A stretch of 64,000 bases of DNA from Azolla caroliniana (GCA_043228905.1 JBHGNT010000009.1:4712001-4776000), one strand, 5' to 3'. Positions 50,402-62,092 are shown, numbered from the stretch's first letter. Program-made: numbers and translations. Notes: a model not told the origin generated them from the letters alone.

Positions 50402-53115
50402 CATAGAACGTAATATTCGTGTTCGTGGAGGCATCCAAACGTATTCACGAACACGTTTGAAACGGGGAAAATGCGTGGTCCTTTTTTTTGTCCTTTTTTT
50501 GTATGTTTTTTTAAAGAGATGTTGCTTCTTTGTTTCTCTGTGTCGCTTCCTCTCCCCCTCTTCTCTCTGTCTCTCTGTCTCTCTCTCTGCAACTTCGTTG
50601 CAGGCCTTGTCCCAACATCTTCATTGCAACAACTAGAACATACAACTTGCCCAAATATTCCAAATTTGTATGTAAAACAGACTTGCTTCTGTCTTCATCA
50701 GTAAGTCCTCAAATCTCTGTAGCTTTGGCTCTACAATTTTTGTGGAATTTAGGTAATTAAATGGGTAGACAAAAGGGTGAAGAATGGAACCATGTCCTGA
50801 TTCTTAAGAAGCATCCCAAAGGTATGCATGTGGTGCAATGCGGATATTGCAGCCATACTTATGTTGGTGGTCCACAACGGATTAGAGTCCACTTATTGGG
50901 ATTGAGAGGACAAGGAGTGGAGAAATGTAAACATGCAAGTAATGATGTAAAACAACAAATCAAGAGATGAATGGGGATTGCAAGTGAGGAAGTTGTTTCA
51001 AATGTCGATGCACCTATTCGAAATGAAAATCAAAGTATTACTTCTGCATTGATTTCTGAAAATGAAATGCATAATGTATGTCAACCTCAAGCATGTAGTG
51101 AAACAAGGAAAAAAAAGAAATTGGATGCAAGTAGTTCCTTACCAATGGCATGGAATATGCAATTAAGGAAAAATGCAGAAGAGGCAATAGCAAGGTTATT
51201 TTATGCTGAAGATATTCGACATGGAAAAGTAGAAAGTTCATTTTTCCATCATATGCTTAAGGCTGTTGGACAAGTTGGGCCTTCTTTTAAACCACCTTGT
51301 GCGTATCAATTGCGCAATAAGTATTTGAATGTAGAAATTAAATCTGTCGAACACGATTTATCACAAATGAAAGAATATTGGAAAACATATGGATGCACAA
51401 TCGTTAGTGATGGCTGGACTGATACAAGAAATAGAACGATTATTAATGTTATGGCATCATCTATGTATGGCTCAGTATTTTTGAAATCGGTGGACACAAG
51501 CGGTCATGTTAAGATAGGAGAATACATTTTTAACATTTTAAAAGATGTTATTCTCGAAGTTGGACCATTGAATGTAGTGCAAGTTTGTATGGATAACGCT
51601 TCTAATTGTGTGGTGACAGGGGAGATGATAGAAAAAGAGTGGCCATCAATTTTCTATACTAGATGCACATGCCATTGTGTAGATTTATTATTTGAGGATA
51701 TCGCCAAATTGGCTTGGATTGATAACACTTTGCGATCAACTATGAAGATTACCGTTTTCATAACTAGAAAACAAAATGTTTTGGCAATGTTTCGAAGTTT
51801 TAGTGAGAAAGAATTGCTTAAACCTTCTAATACAAGGTTTGCATATAGTTTTATTGTTCTTTCGAATTTGCTAGATGAGATAGTATATGGTGGTTTGAGA
51901 AGAATGATGGTTAGTGAACAATGGGGCAAATGGAAGGGATCTAGAACAAAGAAGGTTGAGGAGATAGTTACAATTATTTTTGATGCTAGATTTTGGTCAA
52001 ATGTGAAGATGATAGTGACATTACGCGTACCAATTTTGAAACTACTTCGTTTAGCAGATAGGGAGGGTGCTACTATGGGATTAATTTATGATCTTACGCA
52101 ACAAATGATCAAAGAAATAAATAATATGTCTTTGATAGAAATTGATCCTATGAAACTTGATGAAATCAAACTGTGTTGCAGAAATAGATGGTCAATGTTG
52201 CAATCTCCATTACATCTTACAGGGTATGTTTTGCATCCAATATGGACTGGAAATGGTCAAGAAATAAATAATAAGCTAAATACTAGTTGGATGACAACAA
52301 TCATGCGTTATGCTAGTGGCAATCAAGTTTTGCAAGATGCCTTGATAGATCAGTTTTATGCTTATAGAAAATAGACATGCTATATGTTTCGTCTTCCATT
52401 TGCAAAGGATTTAAATAGAATGAAAAATCCAATTATGCGGTGGGAGACATTTGGAACAACTACTCCCAATTTGATGAAACTCGCAATTCGTGTGCTCTCA
52501 CAAGGTTCTAGTGCATCTCCATGTGCAAGGAATTGGAATACATTTTCTCTCATACATACAAGAAGAAGAAACATGTTATCCCCATGCCATGTGGAGAAAT
52601 TAGTGTACTTGCACACTAATTTACGGCTTCTCAAGGGATCAAAGAAAGAGGTTACACCCCATTGGAAATTACAATGGAAATGGTTGATAAAGAGGAAGAT
52701 GCTGAAAGGTTATTGAACTTGCAAAAGGAGCGAGAAATTTTACATACTGAAAATTAAAATGATATCCGCAATAGTATGCGAGATGAGGACATTGAAGACA
52801 CTTATAAGGCAAATTCTAGTGAGAGTCCTCAAACAAATTACTCCGTCAATTGAACTAGTAGAATTTTTTGTTAGTGTCATATTTTCTTCATATTCTCGAA
52901 TATAAGCTTTATGAGTTTTTAAATGTTTGATGATAGTTTATAATGACATAGTCCACTTGTTGGGATTGAGAATAAATCAATATATAATATAGACCATATT
53001 CAATCCAATCCAACGTGTCAATCCAATCCAACTTGGAGATGATTTACCACACACACGTATAATTGAATCATTCGCGAACGTGAATGCACGTATGATACGT
53101 ATGGTTCATTCTATG
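50402..53115 (+). mobile_element. hAT DNA transposon, full length, inserted in the tRNA array
   Basis: 8-bp TSD GACACAAC (50394-50401 and 53116-53123); TIR CATAGAA(C/T)G; ACGTA/TTCG subterminal motifs; the array resumes in register on both sides. Confidence 0.95.
50761..52757 (+). pseudogene. hAT transposase (BED finger, DUF659/RNaseH-like domain, dimerisation domain), disrupted
   Basis: W..V...CGYC...RIRVHL BED finger; GCTIVSDGWTD, VQVCMDNASN, CTCHCVDL, TRFA, LAIRVLSQ.SSAS.CARNW; in-frame stops at 50968 and 52372 and a frameshift near 52635. Confidence 0.92.
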
Positions 53116-56100
53116 GACACAACTATAGTCATGAGCTGTTAGACCTATTAAGCTAAATATTGGCAAGATCTCAACTCTTAGAATAGCATACATACTCCAA
53201 AGTTAATGAAATGACTATTTATCAAATAGTAAAGTAGACTCACACAAAATGTTTGTGATAATATTTTGATTACATCCAACCTGCCTTATTTGAACCAATG
53301 ACCTAAGGGTTACAACATTTCAACTACAATCCTTTGCTCTACCAACTAAGCTAAGGTTGGGTTTTGATAATATTATTGTCAAATAATCATACTAGTTTTA
53401 TATGGTGAAGTGATATGAGGACACAACTATAGTCATGAGATGTTAGACCTATTAAGCTAAATATTGGCAAGATCTCAACTCTTAGAATACCATCCATACC
53501 CCAAAGTTAATGAAATGATAGTTTATCAAATAGTAAAGTAGAGTCACACAAAATGTTTGTGCTAATGTTTTGATTACATCCAACCTAGCGTTTTTGAACT
53601 AGTGACCTAAGGATTACAACATTTAAACTACAATCCTCCGCTCTACCAACTGAGCTAAGGTTAGTTTTGGATAAAATTATAACCTAATCTTACTAGTTTT
53701 ATATGATCGAATGATATGATGACACAAATATAGTCATGACCTCTTAGACCTATTAAGCTAACTGTTCACAAGTTCTCAAATCTTAGAATGAGGTCAGACC
53801 TATTAAGCTAACTGTTCACAAGTTCTCAAATCTTAGAATATCATTCATACTCCAAAGTTAATGAAATGACTATTTATCAAATAGTAAAGTAGAATCAGAC
53901 AAACGATGTTTGTGATAATGTTTTGATTACATCCAACCTACCTTATTTGAACCAATGACCTAAGGATTACAACATTTCAAATACAATCCTCCGCTCTACC
54001 AACTAAGCTAAGGTTGGGTTTTGATAATATTATTGTGAAATAATCATACTAGTTTTATATGGTGGAGTGATATGATGACACACCTATAGTCATGAGATGT
54101 TAGACCTATTAAGCTAAATATTGGCAAGATCTCAACTCTTAGAATAGCATCCATACCCCAAAGTTAATGAAATGATAGTTTATCAAATAGTAATGTAGAG
54201 TGACAAAAAATGTTTATGAACAAGTTTTGATTTCAAGTAACCTACAAGATTTGAACCAGGGACCTAAGGATTACAACATTTAAACTACAATGCTCCCCTC
54301 TACCAACTAAGCTAAGGTTGGTTTTGGATAAAATTATGACGTGATCTTACTAGTTTTATATAATCGAGTGATAAGACGACACAAATATAGTAATGAGCTC
54401 TTCGAGATATTAAGCTAAATGCTCGCATGTTCTCAACTCTTAGAATAGCATTCATACTCCAAAGTTAATGAAATAATTATTTATCAAATAGTAAAGTAGA
54501 GTCAGACAAACAATGTTTGTGATGATGTTTTAATTACATCCAACCTACCTTATTTGAGCCAATGACCTAAGGATTACAATATTTCAACTACAATCCTCAG
54601 CCCTACCAACTAAGCCACGGTTAGGTTTTGATAATATCATTGTGACATAATCTTACAAGTTTTATATGATCTATTGATACGATGACGCAACTATAGTCAT
54701 GAGCTCTTAGACCTATTAAGCTAAATATTGGCAAGATCTCAACACTTAGAATAGCACCCATACTCCAAAGTTAATGAAATGATAGTTTATTAAATAGTAA
54801 ACTAGAGTTACACAAAATGTTTGTGATAATGTTTTAGTTACATCCAACCTACCGTATTTGAACTAGTGACCTAGAGATTACAACATTTTAACTACAGTCC
54901 TCCGCTCTACCAACTGAGCTAAGGTTGGTTTTGGATAAAATTATAACCTAATTTTACTAATTTTATATAATCGAGGGATATGACAATGCAAATATAGTCA
55001 TGAGCGCTTAGACCTATTAAGCTAAATGTTCGCAAGTTCTCAACCCTTAGAATGGCATCCATACTCCAAAGTTAATGAAATTGCTATTTATCAAATAGCT
55101 TAGACCTATTAAGCTAAATGTTCGCAAGTTCTCAAACCTTAGAATGGCATCCATACTCCAAAGTTAATGAAATTGCTATTTATCAAATAGTAAAGTACAG
55201 TCACACAAATCATGTTTGTGATAATGATTTGATTACATCCCACCTACCTTATTTGAACCAATGACCTAAGGATTAGAACATTTCAACTACAATCCTCCGC
55301 TCTACCAACTAAGCTACGGTTGGGTTTTGATAATATTATTGTGAAATAATCATACTAGTTTTATATGGTGGAGTGATATGATGACAGACCTATAGTCATG
55401 AGATGTTAGACCTATTAAGCTAAATATTGGCAAGATCTCAACTCTTAGAATACCATCCATACCCCAAAGTTAATGAAATGATAGTTTATCAAATAGTAAA
55501 GTAGAGTCACACAAAATGTTTGTGCTAATGTTTTGATTACATCCAACCTAGCGTATTTGAACTAGTGACCTAAGGATTACAACATTTAAACTACAATCCT
55601 CTGCTCTACCAACTGAGTTAAGGTTGGTTCACAATAAAATTATGACCTAATCTTACTAGTTTTATATGATTGAGTGATATGACGACGCAAATATAGTCAT
55701 GAGCTCTTAGACCTATTAAGCTAAATGCTCGCATGTTCTCAACTCTTAGAATACCATCCATACTCTAAAGTTAATGAAACGACTATTTACCAAATACTAA
55801 AGAGTCAGACAAACGATGTTTGTGATAATGTTTAGATTACATCTAACCTACCTTATTTCAACCAATGACCTACGGATTACAACATTTCAACTAAAATCGT
55901 CCGCTCTACCAACTAAGCTAAGGTTGGGTTTTGATAATATTATTTTGAAATATTCATACTAGTTTCAATTGATGGAGTGATATGATGACACAACTATAGT
56001 CATGAGTTGTTAGACCTATTAAGTTAAATATTGGCAAGATCTCTACTCTTAGAATAGCATCCATACTCCAAAGTTAATGAAATGATAGTTTATCAAATAG

Positions 56101-56752
56101 TAAAGTAGAGTCACACAAAATGTTTGTGATAATGTTTTGATTACATCCAACCTACCGGATTTGAAGCTGTGACCTAAGTATTACAACATTTCAACTACAG
56201 TCCTCCGGTCTACCAACTGAGCTAAGGTTGGTCTTGGATAAAATTATGACGTAATCTTACTAGTTTTATATGAACGAGTGATATTACAACGCAAATACAG
56301 TCATGAACTCTTAGACCTATTAAGCTAAAGGTTCGCAAGTTCTCAATTATTAGAATAGCATCCATCCTCCAAATTTAATGAAATGATTATTTATCATATA
56401 GTAAAATTGAGTCAAACAAACCATGTTTGTGAGGATGTGTTGATTACTAGCAACCTACCTCCTTTGAACCAATGACCTAAGAATTACAACATTTTAACCA
56501 CAATCCTCAACCGTACCAACTAAGCTACGATTGGGTTTTGGTAATATCATTGTGACATAATCTTACAAGTTTTATATGATCGAGTGATATGATGACGCAA
56601 CTATAGTCATGAGGTCTTAGACTTATTAAGCTAAATATTGGCAAGATCTGAACACTTAGAATAGCATCCATACTCCAAAGTTAATGAAATGATAGTTTAT
56701 CAAACAGTAAACTAGAGTTACACAAAATGTTTGTGATAATGTTTTGGTTACA

Positions 56753-56838
56753 TCCAACCTACCGGATTTGAACCAGTGACCTAAGGATGACAACATTTAA
56801 ACTACAGTCCTCCGCTCTACCAACTGAGCTAAGGTTGG
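56753..56838 (-). tRNA. tRNA-Tyr(GTA) with 13-nt intron, complete cloverleaf
   Basis: CCAACCT/AGGTTGG acceptor stem with A73; GCTC/GAGC D-stem; GAGGA/TCCTT anticodon stem with CT-GTA-G^A loop; intron TTTAAATGTTGTC; AGGTC; ACTGG-TTCAAAT-CCGGT T-arm; T4 run about 25 nt downstream. Confidence 0.8.
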
Positions 56839-57929
56839 TTTTGGATAAAATTATGACCTAATGTTACTAGTTTTATATAATCGAGGGATATGACAATGCA
56901 AATATAGTCATGAGCGCTTACACCTATTAAGCTAAATGTTCGCAAGTTCTCAACGCTTAGAATGGCATCCATACTCCAAAGTTAATGAAATTGCTATTTA
57001 TTAAATAGTAAAGTACAGTCACACAAATCATGTTTGTGATAATGATTTGATTACATCCAACCTACCTTATTTGAACCAATGACCTAAGGATTACAACATT
57101 TTAACTACAGTCGTCCGCTCTAACAACTGACCTAAATTGGGCTATATGATCAAGTGATATCATGACGCAATTATAGTCATGAGCTATTACGCCTATTAAG
57201 TTAAAGATTGGCAATATCTCAACTCTTAGAATATCGTCCATACTCCAAAGTTAATGAAATGATAGTTTATCAAATAGTAAAGTAGACTGAAACATAACGT
57301 TTGTGATAATGTTTTGATTACGTCCAACCTACTGTATTTGAACTAGTGACCTAAGCATTACGAGATTTCAACTACAATCCATCGCTCTACAAACTGAACT
57401 AAGGTTGGTTTTTGATAAATTTATGACATAATCTTACTAGTTTTATATGATCGAGTGATATGATGACGCAACTATAGTCAGGAGCTCCTAGACCTATTAA
57501 ACTAAATGTTCGCAAGTTCTACCCTCTTAGAATAACATCCATAATCCAAAATTAATGAAATAGTTATTTATCAAATAGTAAAGTAGAGTCAGACAAACGA
57601 TGTTCGTGATAATGTTTTGATTACATCCAACCTACCTTATTTGAATCAATGACCTCAGGATTACAACATTTCAACTACAATACTCAGCTCTACCAATTAA
57701 GCTAAGGTTGGATTTTGATAATATCATTGTGACATAATCTTACTAGTTTTATATTATCGAGTGATATGATGACGCAACTATAGTCAGGAGCTCTTAGACC
57801 TATTAAGTTAAATATTGGCAAGATCTCAACTCTTAGAATAGCATCCATACGCCAAAGTTAATGTAATTATAATTCATCAAATAGTTAAATAGAGTTACAC
57901 AATATGTTTGTGATAATGTTTTGATTAAA

Positions 57930-58015
57930 TCCAACCTACCAGATTTGAACTAGTGACCTAAGGATTACAACAATTCAACTACAATCCTCTGCTCTACCAA
58001 CTGAGCTAAGGTTGG
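57930..58015 (-). tRNA. tRNA-Tyr(GTA) with 13-nt intron, complete cloverleaf (U32, A26, compensated T-stem)
   Basis: CCAACCTTAGCTCAGTTGGTAGAGCAGAGGATTGTAG-ttgaattgttgta-ATCCTTAGGTCACTAGTTCAAATCTGGTAGGTTGGA; T-stem ACTAG/CTGGT pairs fully. Confidence 0.65.
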
Positions 58016-58074
58016 TTTTTGATAAAATTATGACATAATCTTACTAGTTTCATATGATCAAGTGATATGGTGAT

Positions 58075-58330
58075 GCCGCATCAAGTTCCAGTTTAAAAAG
58101 AAAAGAAAACTGGGGAGCTCAAAATGGCGTATCGAGTTCCTGTTTAAAGTTTAGGTTCTAAACAGGAACTCGATACGGCGTCAGAGGCTTACCTGAAGTC
58201 CTGGCGCTCGATTTTCTTTGAAGAGATGGTTGATCTTGTGGAAGTGGAGGCGGAGATCGCCCTTTCGTGCTTTGTGCTTTGTGTGCTATGTTCGCTCTGT
58301 GTTCTCTTGTATGCTCTTGTGTACTCTTGT
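58075..58330. other. Foreign insert of about 255 bp in the array, with a 19-bp perfect inverted repeat
   Basis: CGTATCGAGTTCCTGTTTA (58128-58146) pairs with TAAACAGGAACTCGATACG (58159-58177); CpG-rich unlike the array; no TSD seen. Confidence 0.75.
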
Positions 58331-61300
58331 ATGCTCGCATGTTCTCAACTCTTAGAATAGCGTCCATACTCCAAAGTTAATGAAATGACTATTTATCAAA
58401 TACTAAAGTAGAGTCAGACAAACGATGTTTGTGATAATGTTTTGATTACATCCAACCTACCTTATTTGAACCAATAAACTAAGGATTACAACATTTTAAC
58501 TACAATCCTCTATTCTACCAACTAAGCTAAGGTTAGGTTTTGATAATATCGTTGAGAGTCGTGAAATAATCTTACTAGTTTTATATGATCGAATGATATG
58601 GTGAGGCCACTAGTCATGAGCTCTTACACCTATTAAGCTAAGTATTGGCAAGATCTCAACAATTAGAATAGCATTCATACTCCAAAGTTAATGAAATGAG
58701 TGTTTATCAAATACTAATGAAGAGTCATAGAAAATGTTTTTGATAATGTTTTAATTATATCAACCTACCGTATTTGAACTAGTGACCTAAGGATTACAAC
58801 ATTTGAACTACAGTTCTCCGATCTACCAACTGAGCTAAGGTTGGTTTTAGATAAAGTTAGGAATTATTCTTACTAGTTTTATATGATCGAGTGATATGAT
58901 GACACAACTATAGTCATGACCTCTTAGACCTATAGTCATGACCTCTTAGACCTATGATAATATTATTGTGAAATAATCGTACTAGTTTTATATGGTGAAG
59001 TGATATGATGACACAACTATAGTCATGAGATGTTAGACCTATTAAGCTAAATATTGGCAAGATCTCAACTCTTAGAAGACCATCCATACTCCAAAGTCAA
59101 TTAAATGATAGTATATGAAATAGTAAAGTATTGTTACACAAAATGTTTGTGATAATGTCTTGATTACATCCAACCTATCGAATTTGAAATAGTGACTTAA
59201 GGATTACAACATTTCAACTACAATCCTCCGCTCTACCAACTGAGCAAAGGTTGGTTTTGATAAAAGTAATACGTAATCTTACTAGTTTTATATGATCGAG
59301 TGATATGACGACGCAAATATAGCCATGAGCTCTAAGACCTATTAAGCTAAATGTTTGCAAGTTCTCAACTATTAGAATAGCATCCATACTCCAAAGTTAA
59401 TGAAATGACTATTTATCAAATCACAAAATATTTTGATTACATCCACCCTACCTTATTTGAACCAATGACCTAAGGATTACAACATTTCAACCACAATCCT
59501 CCGCTCTACCAACTAAGCTATGGTTGGGTTTTGATAATATCATATTGAGTCGTGATATAATCTTATAAGTTTTATATGATCGAGTGATATGATCAGGCAA
59601 CTATAGTCATGAGCTCTTAGACCTATTAAGCATCCCAGTGACCTAAGGATGACAACATTTAAACTACACTCCTCCGCTCTACAAACTGAGCTAAGGTTGG
59701 TTTTGGATAAATCTGTCACCTACTCTTACTTGTTTTATATGAACAAGTGATATCACGATACAAATATAGTCATGAGCTCTTAGATCTATAAAGCTAAATG
59801 TTCTCAAGTTCTCAACTCTTAGAATAGCATCCAAACTCCAAAGTTAATGAAATGAGTATTTGTCAAATACTAAAGTAGTGTCAAACAAACGATGTTTGTG
59901 ATAATGTTTTGATTCCATCCAACCTACCTTATTTGAACAAATGACCTAAGTATTAGAACATTTCAACTACAGTCCTCCGATCTACCAATTGAGCTAAGGT
60001 TGGTTTTGGATAAAATTATGACCTACTCTTACTAGTTTTATATGAAAGAGTGATATCACGACGCAAATATAGTCATGAGCTCTTAGACCTATTAAGCTAA
60101 ATGTTCGCAAGTTCTCAACTCTTAGAATAGCATCCATACTGCATAGTGATTGAAATGATTATTTATCAAATACTAAAGTAGAGTCAAACAAACGATGTTT
60201 GTGATAATGTTTTGATTACATCCAACCAACCTTATTTGAACCAATGACCTAAGGATTACAATATTTCAACTACAATCCTCCGTTCTACCAACTGAGCTAA
60301 GGTTAGTTTTGGATAAATTTATGACATAATCTTACTAGTTTTATTTGATCGAATGATATGATGACGCAAATATAGTCATGACCTCTTAGACCTATTAAGC
60401 TAACTGTTCACAAGTTCTCAAATCTTAGAATAGCATTTATACTCCAAAGTTAATGAAATGACTATTTATCAAATACTAAAGTAGAGTCATACAAACGATG
60501 TTTGTGATAATGTTTTGATTACATCCAACCTACCTTATTTGAACGAATGACCTAAGGATTACAACATTTAAACTACAATCCTCCGCTCTACCAACTAAGC
60601 TAAGGTTGGGTTTTGATAATATTATCGTGAAATAATCATACTAGTTTTATATGGTGGAGTGATATGATGACAAAATTATAGTCATGATATGTTAGACCTA
60701 TTAAGGTAAATATTAGCAAGATCTCAAGTCTTAGAATAGCATCCATACCCCAAAGTTAATGAAATGATAGTTTATCAAATAGTAATGTAGAGTCACACAA
60801 AATATTTGTGCTAATGTTTTGATTACATCCAACCTACCGTATTTGAACTAGTGACTTAAGGATTACAACATTTAAACTACAATCCTCCGCTCTACCAACT
60901 GAGCTATGGTTGGTTTTGGATAAAATTATGTCCTATTCGTACTAGTTTTATATGATCGAGTGATATGACGACGCAAATATAGTAATGCGCTGTTAGAGAT
61001 ATTAAGCTAAATGCTCGCATGTTCTCAATTATTAGAATAACATCCATACTCCAAAGTTAATGAAATGATTATTTATCAAATAGTAAAGTAGAGGTAGACA
61101 AACGATGTTTGTGATGATGTTTTGATTACATCCAACCTACCTTATTTGAACCAATGACCTAATGATTTCAACATTTCAACTACAATCCTCAGCCCTTTCT
61201 GTCATTAACCGTTCGGTTGTAGCAAGGAGTGCGGGCGACTTTGTGATATAGTAGATAATTTAATAGTAAAAGAAGAGATTCTAAGCACAGAGGAGAGAGA

Positions 61301-61348
61301 GATAGAGAGGGAGAGACTCAAGAAATTTTTCATTAAATTGAAAGGAAA

Positions 61349-61403
61349 GACCTTATGCAACAAACTAGTTTCGCTCGCTTAGAGGTCATCAGTGCAAAAG
61401 GTC
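61349..61403 (-). ncRNA. Minimal type I hammerhead ribozyme motif, probably degenerate
   Basis: GACCTTTTGCA-CTGATGA-CCTCTAAGCGAGC-GAAA-CTAGTTTGT-TGCATAAGGTC: both core boxes, stem I, stem II and palindromic AACTAGTT. Confidence 0.7.
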
Positions 61404-62092
61404 ATGGAAATACAAATGGTGGTTTATATAGGATGTTGAGAATGGGGAAGGGAGGAGAAAGAGGGAAAGTATAATCATAGTGACCGGGGTGTAATAAGAG
61501 TGTAAATAGATGGAAGGCTGTAAGGATTTAAGGTGGAAGATCTTGATGATAGGGGGGGTGGTGAGAAAGCGGGAAATGAGTTGGTGATAGGAAGATTGAT
61601 AGGGTGATAAGACAGATGAGTGAGTGGGATATGGTGATAAGAGGAAATGAATGAGTGATAGGGTATGTAATTATAAGTAAGTAAACATAAGATGGTGAGA
61701 AGGTGAAAATTAAGGAAGGGAATAAGAAGGGAAAGGAAGGAAAATGAAAAAGGAAGTTAGTAAGAGGTGGTGGGGAGAAGGTTTGAGGGAAACAAGGGAA
61801 GAGAGAGAGTGTATAAAAAGGTCGTGAGAGGTATAGGGGAGAGAGAGAGAGAGAGAGAGAGAAACGGAATGAGTAAAGATATAAAATAGTAGTAAGGGAG
61901 AGAGAGAGAGAGAGAGAGAACTATGGATTTTAGTGAAATGTGTATAAAAAGGTCGTGAGAGGTATAGGGGAGGGGGAAGGGAGAAGGGAGAAAAAAGGGA
62001 GAGAGAAAGAGAGAGAACTATGGATTTTAGTGTAATGTGTATAAAAAGGTAGTGAGAGGTATAGGGGAGGGGGAAGGGAGAAGGGAGAAAAA

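Larger units (their letters stand above)
47690..61195 (-). repeat. Younger tRNA-Tyr-derived satellite: about 35 units of about 303 bp, two alternating unit types
   Basis: CATCCAACCTAC recurs at about 47866, 48171, 48472, 48775, 49078, 49382, 49687, 49984 ... 60219, 60522, 60826, 61129; each is the 3' end of an 86-nt minus-strand pre-tRNA-Tyr sequence. Confidence 0.95.

Noticed and set aside
47690-61195. CRISPR-like array
   Set aside because: The sequence between conserved blocks is itself repeated rather than unique spacers, there are no cas genes, and the context is eukaryotic
47690-61195. tRNA-derived SINE cluster
   Set aside because: Copies keep the intron and both flanks, have no poly(A) tails or individual TSDs, and are strictly tandem
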